From Candidatus Latescibacterota bacterium (GTDB lineage: Bacteria > Latescibacterota > UBA2968 > UBA8231), in NCBI GenBank assembly GCA_965215195.1, contig CBDCDC010000002.1:928001-992000 (forward strand): a stretch of 64,000 bases of DNA. The letters are read 5' to 3'. Below the pieces are notes generated by a model. It was not told the DNA's origin. It did no database searches and worked only from the letters and a program-made list of their open reading frames with translations. The position numbers and the translations under genes were made by a program. Shown piece after piece: positions 8,288 through 17,503 of the stretch. The number at the start of each line of letters is the position of its first letter. Position 1 is the stretch's first letter.

Positions 8288-9949
8288 ATGGCTACATCTG
8301 GCAACAGCGATGCGGTGCTGCTCCTGACGGCGCACCTTTCCGGCTCTGATGACAATGGAGCGAAACCTTTAACGACGAAAGAATGGTGGACATTTGATAA
8401 TTGGCTCAAGGAGCGGAATGTAACCCTAGAATACCTCTTAGAGAATGTGGATGAAGTCTTGGGAGGCAGGTCCGACCCTAGGGGAACTATGGAGAGGATT
8501 AAAAGGCTTTTAGACCGCGGAAGTGCCTTGGGGCTTGCTAAGGATAGGTGGAAGCAAGCGGGCTTATGGTGGTTGACGAGGGCCGACGAGGATTATCCGG
8601 CTCGCCTGAAGAAGCGCCTCGGCCAAGCATCCCCTGCGGTGCTGTACGGCTGTGGTCGCCAAACGCTGCTGCGCTCTAAAGGAATCGCGGTCGTCGGCTC
8701 TCGCGCAGCCTCGGATCGCGATCTTTCTTGGACTCGATTGTTCGGCGAAGCTGTGGCTGATGCCGGTTACTCCGTCGTATCGGGCGGAGCGCGGGGGGTT
8801 GATCAAGCCGCAATGTTCGGGGCACTGGACAAGGGAGGCACTGTTATCGGCATTCTTGCGGACAGCCTGTTGCGCGCGTCGTCAAGCAAGATGTACCGCT
8901 CCCATCTGCGGTCTCAGGAGCTGGTGCTGATCTCGCCGTTCCATCCCGAAGCAGCTTTCACCGTCGGCAGGGCCATGCAAAGGAACAAGTACATCTACTG
9001 CCTGTCCGACAAAGCGTTAGTTGTTCATTCCGGTATAAAGGGTGGTACTTGGGAAGGTGCCATTGAGAACATGAAGAGACAATGGGTGGTCCCTATCTGG
9101 GTTCGCCAAGATAGCGATAATTCTCCTGGCAATGCGGCCCTCTCAAGCGTCCAGCAGACACAAGGTCCTCCGCAGGAAGTAATCCGGCAGATTATAGAAG
9201 GCGACTCCTTACACACTGAAGTAGAGACCGCTTCTTCTGGTGCAGGAAACGTCTCGGAACAACCCGAGTACACCAAGCCGCAGGAGCAAAGTTCTGACCT
9301 ATACGAGCACTTCATTCAGTCGCTCCGCGAACGACTTGCCAACGGGGCTAGCAAAAAATCGCAGTTGGAAAGCCACTATGGCCTAGTGAAGAAGCAGTTC
9401 GACGCTTGGATGAAGAGAGCTGTCGAGGAAAAAGCCGTCACCAAGGACTCGAAGCCGGGGGTCCTTTATAGTTTGAACCAACAGTTTGATCGTATTAGCC
9501 CGCAGGAGCCATCTGGCAACGCTGACCTATACGAGCACTTCATTCAGTCGCTCCGCGAACGACTTGCCAACGGGGCCATCAAAGAATCACAGTTGAAGAA
9601 ACACTATGGCCTAGTGAAGTCGCAGTTCGACGCTTGGATGAAGAAGGCTATTGAGGAAAAAGCCGTCACCAAGGACTCGAAGCCGGGGGTCCTTTATAGT
9701 TTGAACCAACAGACCGAGCACGCCAGTTCGCAGGAGCAAAGTTCTGACCTATACGAGCACTTCATTCAGTCGCTCCGCGAACGACTTGCTAACGAGTTTC
9801 TTAAAAAATCAGAACTGGAAAGCCACTATGGCCTTGTGAAGTCGCAGTTCGACGCTTGGATAAAGAGGGCTATTGAGGAAAAAGTGATCATTAAGAAGAA
9901 GTCGAATCCAGCAGTGCTTAGTTTGAACCAACAGACCGAATTGATTTAG
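8288..9949 (+). CDS. DprA/SMF (SLOG-fold) protein with three tandem C-terminal winged-helix-like repeats
   Basis: YPARL..P.VLYGCG, IAVVGSR, VVSGGARGVD, QRNKYIY, GGTWEGA; three DLYEHFIQSLRERLAN units. 1-nt gap after the RecQ stop. Confidence 0.85.
   Translation: MATSGNSDAVLLLTAHLSGSDDNGAKPLTTKEWWTFDNWLKERNVTLEYLLENVDEVLGGRSDPRGTMERIKRLLDRGSALGLAKDRWKQAGLWWLTRADEDYPARLKKRLGQASPAVLYGCGRQTLLRSKGIAVVGSRAASDRDLSWTRLFGEAVADAGYSVVSGGARGVDQAAMFGALDKGGTVIGILADSLLRASSSKMYRSHLRSQELVLISPFHPEAAFTVGRAMQRNKYIYCLSDKALVVHSGIKGGTWEGAIENMKRQWVVPIWVRQDSDNSPGNAALSSVQQTQGPPQEVIRQIIEGDSLHTEVETASSGAGNVSEQPEYTKPQEQSSDLYEHFIQSLRERLANGASKKSQLESHYGLVKKQFDAWMKRAVEEKAVTKDSKPGVLYSLNQQFDRISPQEPSGNADLYEHFIQSLRERLANGAIKESQLKKHYGLVKSQFDAWMKKAIEEKAVTKDSKPGVLYSLNQQTEHASSQEQSSDLYEHFIQSLRERLANEFLKKSELESHYGLVKSQFDAWIKRAIEEKVIIKKKSNPAVLSLNQQTELI
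9296..9935 (+). repeat. Three intragenic tandem repeats (periods 228 and 222 bp)
   Basis: GACCTATACGAGCACTTCATTCAGTCGCTCCGCGAACGACTTGC starts at 9296, 9524 and 9746. Confidence 0.95.
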
Positions 9950-10042
9950 AAGGCAAATATCGTCGGGTGTGCGGTACACCGCTGCGGTGCGTTGGTGGGG
10001 TCACGTTCCCGCCCGCAGCCAGTTGTAGCGATCATTGGGCGC
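9948..10042 (-). pseudogene. Internally deleted remnant of a Uma2 endonuclease gene
   Basis: AGAAGGCAAATATCGTCGGG..GCGGTACACC..TGCGTTGGT..GCCCGCAGCCAGT..TCATTGGGCG is colinear with 27629-27764 of the intact Uma2 gene, with deletions. Confidence 0.85.
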
Positions 10043-10110
10043 AGCTTGACGCTATTTGTAATCTCGTCAACCTTTAGTAAGCTAAAGATAACCACGCCCG
10101 AGATAATAGT

Positions 10111-12702
10111 ATGACCCAAGCAGATGCACACACCGACTACGAGCGATTGTTGCTGGTCTATCTCCACGACCCGGTCGACAAGGCTCTCGACATCCGCGGA
10201 CACGAGGCCCGCGCCACCCGCTACGCTTCGCACGCCCGCGGCTGGGACGCGACCCGCCGAGAAATCAAGCATTCAGCTCAGCTAGCAGACCAACTCGCCG
10301 CCATCGCCGAGCGCATCCCCATGCCGACCGCAGGACCCAAGGGAGCGCGCGCCGTCGGCCCGGAAGACGGGCGGATCGAAGTGCGGCATCCGGTCAGCGC
10401 ACAAACAGACATGCTGGAGGGGCTGGCCCTCGACGAGAACCGCGTGGCAGAGGTGATTGACCGCATCGTCGCCGGTCTGCCCGACGACCCGCGGACGCGC
10501 TTTCTCGCGCTCTGGCGGCTGCTGCCCGAACGGCTTGCCCCACAGATCGCTCGGCTGCCGGCCGACACCCGCGTACCCGACCACACGCTGATTCAACACG
10601 CAGACATCACAAGCGGCATCTGGGCCAGTACAGAGACACGCGGCCATGCGTACCTATCGCTCTCGCTCGGCCCGGTGCAGACGTTTATCGAAGCGGCCCG
10701 CAGCGTGCGCGATTTGTGGTCGGGCAGCGCCATTCTGTCGTGGCTGACGTTCCAAGGCATCGGCCCGGTGCTCAACGCACTCGGGCCGACTGCGCTCGTC
10801 TATCCAGCCCTGCGCGGCAATCCGCTGATGGACCTGTGGCTGCGCGAGCAGGACGGGCTAGAGGACCGAGTACCAGTACCGTCGAAAACATTGCGCCGGG
10901 CCCCGTCCATCCCCAACCGCTTTGTCGCTCTCGTACCCTATGGGCCGGACGGTTCCCATGCCAAAGCCATGGCGCAAGCCTGTGCCAAAGCGGTCCGTGC
11001 GGCTTGGCAATGCCTTGCAGACGAGGTGCATCGCTCCCTCGATGGGAAATTCTCGGCAATCAACCCTGATTGGGCACGGCACTGGCAAGAGCAAGTGAAT
11101 GGCTTCTTCGACGTCAAAACCTCCATTCTACACGAGCGAGACCTGCGCGATGAACAGCTAGCCCGTCTGATCGGCGGCAAGGACTCATTCGACGAAGTGT
11201 GGTGTGAGGCCGCCAAGGTGCGTAGACTGGCCGACGCGATTCCACGCAACGAGCGTCCGGGCTACGACCAGCATTCAGCCGGCCGCTGGCAAGCCCAACT
11301 CGAAGCATCGGCGCGGCTGATGGAAGCCCAGCGTTCTATCCGCCACGTGCCGACTATTGAGGTCGAGACACCCACTCCGCCCAAGTGCAGCCTGCTCGGC
11401 TCCTACGAGCAGATGGGGCCGGCCGCTCTCAGTGATTCCCGAGACTTCTGGGACGAGGCTGCCAAGGCAGTCTCGGTAGCCGGCGTCCGCCTGCGAAAAC
11501 GCGAGCGTTTTTCCGCGGTCGCCTTGTGCAAGCGGTTTGCCGCACCGGCGTTCTTCGTCCGCCAATTAAAGCTCAATCAGCGTGCCTTGCGCTTCCCGGA
11601 TACGGCGACAGTAGCAGCGGCCGCATGGCTGGCCGCGGAGGGAATCAACCCGGACGATATCCGGTGTGAACACAACGACTGGAACGGCCGCTGGCTTCAC
11701 CAAAAACACCAAAACGATGTGGAGGATGGCGACCAACCTCCGCCGGAGGGAGTTTGGCAGAAAATCAAGGCCGCACGTAAGGAGAATCCACCGCCCGCTT
11801 ACTACGCGATTCTGGCGATGGACGCGGACGACATGGGCCAGTGGCTCAAGGGCGATCATGCGCCCAAGGTGCGCGAGGTCCTGCACCCGAAAATGGTCCG
11901 TTACTACGAGCAGCTTGGCGACGAGGCCACGGCCGGCCTTGAGGCCCGGCGGCCCGTTGGCCCGGCCCTGCACGCCTCAATCAGCGAAGCTCTCAACAAT
12001 TTCGCCAGCCACATCGCCCCCGGCATTGTAGAGAACGACAAGGGCACGATGATCTACTCAGGCGGCGACGATGTCTTGGCCCTGCTGCCGGCGCGCCGGG
12101 CGGTCGCTTGTGCGGCAGAGTTGTGCCGCGCCTTCCGCGGCGAGGACAAAGGCCCGCCCGGCTATATAGAGCGAGACGGGCACCAACTGCTGACCATGGG
12201 CGCGAAGGCCACCCTATCGGCCGGCATTGCCTTTGTACACTACAAGGAGGATTTGCGCTTGGCACTCCAAGCGGCCCGCGACGCGGAAAAAACCGCTAAG
12301 AAAAACGGCAAGAATCAGCTTGCACTTTGCTTTATGCGCCGTTCCGGCGAGCACTCCAAGGCTGGTCTGTCGTGGGAACATGGGCCGTGGTTCCAAAAGA
12401 TGATTGCCATCTTCGCCGATGGGGCCACCGCCCGCTGGACCTATCGCCTGCGCCAAGAACTGCCGACCTTGCAGGGCAGCAACATTTCCGCCGGAGCTGT
12501 TGCTGCCGAGATACGACGGCTCGTGGATCGGACCAAAGACGACAAGGCCTCCGGTTCAACTGGTCCTACAGGCGAAGACGCGGAGCGCTGGTGGCAGGCT
12601 TTTTCTCAAGCAGGGCGACAACGTGGAGATCTTCTCAAGGACTTCACCCTACTGTGCCAAGGGGCGTCGTTCGTAGCGCGAGGTCGCGATGAAGGACGGT
12701 AA
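10111..12702 (+). CDS. cas10: Type III-B Cas10/Cmr2
   Basis: YLHDP N-terminus, PADTRVPDH, LGPVQTFIEAARSVRDLWSGS, Palm motifs YYAILAMDADDMG and YSGGDDV. Confidence 0.95.
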   Translation: MTQADAHTDYERLLLVYLHDPVDKALDIRGHEARATRYASHARGWDATRREIKHSAQLADQLAAIAERIPMPTAGPKGARAVGPEDGRIEVRHPVSAQTDMLEGLALDENRVAEVIDRIVAGLPDDPRTRFLALWRLLPERLAPQIARLPADTRVPDHTLIQHADITSGIWASTETRGHAYLSLSLGPVQTFIEAARSVRDLWSGSAILSWLTFQGIGPVLNALGPTALVYPALRGNPLMDLWLREQDGLEDRVPVPSKTLRRAPSIPNRFVALVPYGPDGSHAKAMAQACAKAVRAAWQCLADEVHRSLDGKFSAINPDWARHWQEQVNGFFDVKTSILHERDLRDEQLARLIGGKDSFDEVWCEAAKVRRLADAIPRNERPGYDQHSAGRWQAQLEASARLMEAQRSIRHVPTIEVETPTPPKCSLLGSYEQMGPAALSDSRDFWDEAAKAVSVAGVRLRKRERFSAVALCKRFAAPAFFVRQLKLNQRALRFPDTATVAAAAWLAAEGINPDDIRCEHNDWNGRWLHQKHQNDVEDGDQPPPEGVWQKIKAARKENPPPAYYAILAMDADDMGQWLKGDHAPKVREVLHPKMVRYYEQLGDEATAGLEARRPVGPALHASISEALNNFASHIAPGIVENDKGTMIYSGGDDVLALLPARRAVACAAELCRAFRGEDKGPPGYIERDGHQLLTMGAKATLSAGIAFVHYKEDLRLALQAARDAEKTAKKNGKNQLALCFMRRSGEHSKAGLSWEHGPWFQKMIAIFADGATARWTYRLRQELPTLQGSNISAGAVAAEIRRLVDRTKDDKASGSTGPTGEDAERWWQAFSQAGRQRGDLLKDFTLLCQGASFVARGRDEGR

Positions 12703-13765
12703 TACCCTACTCCAGCTATCGCTTGAGCCGGTTGACGGCCTCTTCTTCCGCGATGCGCGGCCATTTGAGCAGGCCAGCCGGGCACAGTCCGGCCTGCCCA
12801 TGCCGCAGACCCTCGCCGGTGCCGTGCGTAGCCTGCTGCTGGAGCGGCACGGGGTGGATTTCGTCCGGCTGGGAGAACGGATGCAAACCGGCGCTTCCTT
12901 TGCCGAAGCTCTGACCGAGCTTGGCCCGGAGGTTGCAGCCGTGGCCTCGGTGCAGGTACGCGGCCCTTGGTTCACCTTGAATGGCGAGGTACTGATGCCG
13001 ACGCCGGCCACCCTCAAACGAAAAAAGAAAACCGCAAAGCTCGTGCGGCTTGACCCGCTCAAAGTGCCGCTGCCGGGTTGGCGGCCCGAAGTGCCGGGGA
13101 TGCTGCCGTTGTGGCGGCGCGGCCGGGAAACCGCAGAGCCCGCCGATGATTTCCTCAAACTGTCCGGTTTGCATCGCTTCCTCAACGGCGGTACGCCAAA
13201 ACCGGACGAATTGGTGCCGACAAACGACTTGTACGATTTCGACGACCGCACCGGCATTGGCATCGATCCGAGCCGCAACGCCGCGGCCGAAGGTTTCATT
13301 TATGGCATCAGGATGCTGGTCCTGAAATCTGAGGCTGGCTTGTACGCTGAACTGAGCGGTCCTGAGGCCGCGCTAGTGCCGATCGCGGCCGAACCCGGGC
13401 TGATGCGTTTGGGCGGCGAAGGCCGGCACGTCGCGGTCCGCACGGTTGAGCGGCCGGTCAACTGGCCGCAGATACCGCCCGCAGCGGACAAAGGCCGGCT
13501 GGTGCTGCTGGCCACGCCGGCTTGGTTCAATGGCTGGAAGCCGCCGGCCCTCGATCCGGTAGCAGCGGCCGTTGGTAACGGGCAGCCGGTTTCCGGCTGG
13601 GACTTAGCCAAAGGCGCTCCCAAGCCCAACCGCTTCATGGTCCCGGCCGGGTCCGTCTATTTTTTGCCACCAAACGCCCAAGTCCCAGACAAATTAGTCG
13701 CTGACGACGAAGACGCGAGCGTCGGGTGGGGTAGCTTTCTGGAGGGAAACTGGAACTATGTCTGA
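12689..13765 (+). CDS. cmr3: Cmr3 (Cas5 group)
   Basis: LEPVDGLFFRDARPF, P.PQTLAGA, RTGIGID, RLGGEGR, VSGWDLA, VPAGSVY, GWG. Confidence 0.95.
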   Translation: MKDGNTLLQLSLEPVDGLFFRDARPFEQASRAQSGLPMPQTLAGAVRSLLLERHGVDFVRLGERMQTGASFAEALTELGPEVAAVASVQVRGPWFTLNGEVLMPTPATLKRKKKTAKLVRLDPLKVPLPGWRPEVPGMLPLWRRGRETAEPADDFLKLSGLHRFLNGGTPKPDELVPTNDLYDFDDRTGIGIDPSRNAAAEGFIYGIRMLVLKSEAGLYAELSGPEAALVPIAAEPGLMRLGGEGRHVAVRTVERPVNWPQIPPAADKGRLVLLATPAWFNGWKPPALDPVAAAVGNGQPVSGWDLAKGAPKPNRFMVPAGSVYFLPPNAQVPDKLVADDEDASVGWGSFLEGNWNYV

Positions 13766-14651
13766 CAAAACCTTGCTGTTCATTCACGCCCTGACCGGAC
13801 TCCATCCCGGCAGCGGCACGGCCTTGGGCGCGGTCGATTTGCCGGTGCAACGCGAGCGTCATACCGACTGGCCGCTGATACCCGGCTCGTCGCTCAAGGG
13901 CGTCATGCGGGCCGAATACGCGCAGGACAACCGGAAGGATGAAGACGTTCTGGCTGCGTTCGGGCCAGAGACTGAGGCTGCGTCTGACCACGCCGGCGCG
14001 GTCGCCTTTTCGGACGCGCGCATCCTCGCCTTCCCGGTGCGCTCGCTGACCGGCGTGTTCGCTTGGGTGACCTGCCGTGACGTACTGGCCCGGCTTTCGC
14101 GTGATCTCGGGCTCGTTGGCGGCGATAGCTTCCCGGCTGTTCCCACAGTCGCTAAAGACAAAGCCGCTTGCGTCGCGGACAGTCGGCTGCTGGCGCACGG
14201 CGAACAACTCATGCTGGAAGAGTTCGAATTCTCACGCGACGGCGACGCACAGGAAATTGCCAACTGGATCGCTGAGCGGGCCGTGGCAGACGCGGCCACG
14301 AAAATTCGGCTGCGCTCGCATCTGGCCGTTCTGCACGATGACGATTTTACCCACTTCGTCCGCAACGCCACCGAGGTCGTAGCTCGGGTCGGGCTCGACG
14401 AACAGAAGACCGTGCGCAAGGGTGCCCTCTTCTACGAGGAATACCTGCCACCGGAGACCCTCTTCTACTCGCTGGTGCTGTGCAGCAAAAGCCGCCGCAA
14501 GGCACGCGACAAAAGCGCTGCGGAGATTCTCACGTGGCTGCGCGAAAAAGCACCTGAGACGCTCCAAATCGGCGGCGGCGAGACGGTCGGCAAGGGCTTC
14601 TGCGCGGTGCGCTTTGACGACGCGGCCAAGGAGGAAAACAATGAGCGATAG
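13758..14651 (+). CDS. cmr4: Cmr4 (Cas7-group backbone RNase)
   Basis: LHPGSG..VDLPVQRERHT..IPGSSLKG with the catalytic Asp present, LFYEEYLP, QIGGGETVGKG. Confidence 0.95.
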   Translation: MSDKTLLFIHALTGLHPGSGTALGAVDLPVQRERHTDWPLIPGSSLKGVMRAEYAQDNRKDEDVLAAFGPETEAASDHAGAVAFSDARILAFPVRSLTGVFAWVTCRDVLARLSRDLGLVGGDSFPAVPTVAKDKAACVADSRLLAHGEQLMLEEFEFSRDGDAQEIANWIAERAVADAATKIRLRSHLAVLHDDDFTHFVRNATEVVARVGLDEQKTVRKGALFYEEYLPPETLFYSLVLCSKSRRKARDKSAAEILTWLREKAPETLQIGGGETVGKGFCAVRFDDAAKEENNER

Positions 14652-15069
14652 CCGGCCCACCCTCGACCAACGTCGGGCCCAACACGCTTGGAAGACTGTA
14701 GAGCAAGCCAAAGCCTCACTCAACGCGAAAAAAGACAAGGAGGATTTTGCCCGCGAAGCCAAGCGGCTGCCGGTGCGCATCAAGACCGCCGGCTTGGGGC
14801 AGGCACTCGCTTTTCTCCTCGCAAAGGCCAAGCAGGACAAAAACAAAGGAGAAGACGCCCGTGGCCGACTGCTGGTTGCGCTAGGCGACTGGCTCCTAAA
14901 AGAGCGCGAATTGGCGACCCGTCCTAACGCCGCCGCCGACCGCGTACTAATCCAAACCCTCATCAACGGCGACGCCAACCTGCTGCGCCGCGCCACTGAA
15001 GAGGCGCTCCTGTACCTGCAATGGCTGACCCGGTTCAGCGAGGCCGAACTCGGAACGGGAGAGGAGTAA
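14641..15069 (+). CDS. cmr5: Cmr5 (Cas11 small subunit)
   Basis: MSDSRPTLDQRRAQHAW..LPVRIKTAGLGQALAFL..ATEEAL..WLTRFSEA; GGAGG RBS before ATG at 14641. Confidence 0.92.
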   Translation: MSDSRPTLDQRRAQHAWKTVEQAKASLNAKKDKEDFAREAKRLPVRIKTAGLGQALAFLLAKAKQDKNKGEDARGRLLVALGDWLLKERELATRPNAAADRVLIQTLINGDANLLRRATEEALLYLQWLTRFSEAELGTGEE

Positions 15070-15072
15070 GCG

Positions 15073-17457
15073 ATGGCTCGCAGCCCTAGCCGTTCCCAAC
15101 GCCGGGACCGGACGCATACTATGCCAGCCTCCAACGCCGACCAACTCCCCAACGGGCCAATCCTTCCCCGCTCTACGTGTAACCTCGTAGATAAGGTCGT
15201 GCTCAATCACCGCCATGCCGGCCTGCAACTCGACAAGCTGTCGTCAGCCGGGGAGATGGAAAAGCAAAAACTTGCGCTGGTCGATGTCGCGCACACCTGC
15301 GGCGACGCGAAGTTGCTGGAGATGCTGATCAACCGCCGCTGCGCTGCACTGAACGCTCTCCGTGCTGAACGTCTCCTGATGACCACCCGCGGCTCGCTGA
15401 CCCTGCACCTGTCGCGGTCGGGCGCGCTGGAAAACGCCGGCATCGCCCTGCATCCGGTGTACGGCTTCGTCTATTTACCCGGCAGCGGCATCAAGGGCTT
15501 GGTCCGCTCTTGGGCTGAGACAGTGTGGGCTCCGGCGCAGTCTGACAAAAAGGAGGCGTGGCGGACGATTGAAAAAGCCTTCGGCTGGAGTCCTCAGTCG
15601 GAAAACCACAAGTTCCCGCAGCCGAAAAAGGGATTGCCGGGTTGGCGTCCCAGCGAAATAGAAGCACCGAAAGGGGCCGCGAGCGGACGGCTGGTGTTCC
15701 ACGACGCTTGGCCGCTTAGCTGGCCCAGACTAATAGTCGATGTCGTCAACAATCATCACCCCGACTATTACGACGGCAAAGACGATCCCGGCGACTGGGA
15801 GGACCCGAGGCCCGTGTATTTCCTCGCCATCGGCGCAGGCAACCAGTTCGACTTTGCCATCTCCGACCGCAAGCCCGACGACGGCCTGCTCAGCTTGGCA
15901 AGAGGCTGGCTAACAGACGCGCTGACCTCCGAGGGGGCCGGTGCCAAGACTGCGGCTGGCTACGGACGCTTTGAGCCGGTCGAGATGCTCTCGCCCGATT
16001 TCGCCAAGGCCGGCTTTGCCAGCGCGAGTTTTGACTTGAAACTGGTCACCCCCGCCTTTCTCGCCGGAGCCTCCCAACAGAAAGACGACTGCGACCTGCG
16101 TCCGGCCACCCTGCGCGGCCTGTTGCGCTGGTGGTGGCGCACCATGCACGCGGCCCACCTCGACCGGGCTTCGCTCAAGCGGCTGGAAACCGCGGTCTGG
16201 GGCGACGCGGAATCGGGCAGTCCGGTTCGCATTGCTGTGAATTTGGTGGAAGGTGGAGAGCCACGGCAGCACCCGGACAAGCAAGATCGACAGTTCCAGC
16301 AAGAACACGGTCTGCGGCGGCCCCAATCCAGTCAAAGAACAATCCAAGGATTGTTCTACGCTTCCTACGGCATGGCAGAAAAGGACCGTCGTTGGTTTCG
16401 CCCTGCTGGGTCGCTCTGGCGCGTCACCTTGACGGCCCGACGCGGTTATTTCGACAAAAATAAAAAAGCCCCTGCCATCCCCCTCTCGCCGGACCTGCTC
16501 ATAGAACAAGCCAACGCAGCCCTGTGGCTACTGACGCGGTTTGGCGGGGCCGGCTCGCGGTCGCGCAAGGGCTTCGGTTCTTTTGACGATATTGAGGTGC
16601 AGGGCATCGGCTCAATGGAAGATTGCATCAAGGCCGCAACGCGGTTCCGGGACGCCTGCGGCCTTGGAGGGAGGCGGGGACATCCGGTTGACGCGCCGGC
16701 CCTAGAGGATGTGCTGACGATGGACGATGTGGCGACACGTTGGGAGGATCCTTGGTATGCGCTTGACCGGACCGGCATGGCACTGCAACTGTTCGCCAAG
16801 AGTCTTGATTCCGAGAAGCGTATTGCGCTCGGCCTGCCGCGCCGTGTAGGTAGGGGCCGCAATGCACAGTCTCTCAGAGCTGGACAGATTGATCGTCACG
16901 CCTCCCCAGCACTTTGGAGCCTCGCAAAAAGCCGAAACGGAACCCTGCTGGTTCGCCTCATCGCATTCCCGGCCGCACGGCTGCCTGAGAAAGCCGCTAG
17001 CAGGACAATTCTGCAAAACCTTATCGACTTTGCACGTCAGCAATTGGAACAGCAGGCCGGGCAGTCCCCGCGCCCAAGCGGGCGAGGAGGTCGCGGACCG
17101 TCGGGCACCGGACGCCCGGACAGGCGAAGAAGTAACAGGTCGGCACCCTCGCGTCCCCCGCAGGGAAGCCCCAAGGCCGACCTCCCCAAAGCGCATGATC
17201 GCGTCAAGGCCGAACTTTTGGAGGAGAAGACGAAGAAAGGCGGATGGAAGGCCAAGCACATAGATAGCGGTTTATCAGGCCCGATACAAGACGCTGGGAA
17301 CGTCCCCGCCGACGCCAAGCCGGGCCAGCCCGTCGAACTGACGGTCGCCTCGGTTGGCTCGAAAGAGATGCAATTCAAATGGGCCGAACCCCGGCCGCCT
17401 AAGAAAACATCCGGCCGGCATAGCAAGCAGGAGCCTCGCAGAGGAAGCCGCCGATGA
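15073..17457 (+). CDS. cmr6: Cmr6-Cmr1 fusion with C-terminal low-complexity linker and OB/S1-like tail
   Basis: Cmr6 part: LHPVYGFVYLPGSGIKG..GAGAKTAAGYGRF. Cmr1 part: LVTPAFLAGA..LRPATLRGLLRWWWR..FGGAGSRSRKGFGS. Single 794-aa frame. Confidence 0.9.
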   Translation: MARSPSRSQRRDRTHTMPASNADQLPNGPILPRSTCNLVDKVVLNHRHAGLQLDKLSSAGEMEKQKLALVDVAHTCGDAKLLEMLINRRCAALNALRAERLLMTTRGSLTLHLSRSGALENAGIALHPVYGFVYLPGSGIKGLVRSWAETVWAPAQSDKKEAWRTIEKAFGWSPQSENHKFPQPKKGLPGWRPSEIEAPKGAASGRLVFHDAWPLSWPRLIVDVVNNHHPDYYDGKDDPGDWEDPRPVYFLAIGAGNQFDFAISDRKPDDGLLSLARGWLTDALTSEGAGAKTAAGYGRFEPVEMLSPDFAKAGFASASFDLKLVTPAFLAGASQQKDDCDLRPATLRGLLRWWWRTMHAAHLDRASLKRLETAVWGDAESGSPVRIAVNLVEGGEPRQHPDKQDRQFQQEHGLRRPQSSQRTIQGLFYASYGMAEKDRRWFRPAGSLWRVTLTARRGYFDKNKKAPAIPLSPDLLIEQANAALWLLTRFGGAGSRSRKGFGSFDDIEVQGIGSMEDCIKAATRFRDACGLGGRRGHPVDAPALEDVLTMDDVATRWEDPWYALDRTGMALQLFAKSLDSEKRIALGLPRRVGRGRNAQSLRAGQIDRHASPALWSLAKSRNGTLLVRLIAFPAARLPEKAASRTILQNLIDFARQQLEQQAGQSPRPSGRGGRGPSGTGRPDRRRSNRSAPSRPPQGSPKADLPKAHDRVKAELLEEKTKKGGWKAKHIDSGLSGPIQDAGNVPADAKPGQPVELTVASVGSKEMQFKWAEPRPPKKTSGRHSKQEPRRGSRR

Positions 17458-17503
17458 CCGATTCGCAAATCGCCCCTATTACCTCGCAGAGGCGAACGCA
17501 ACT

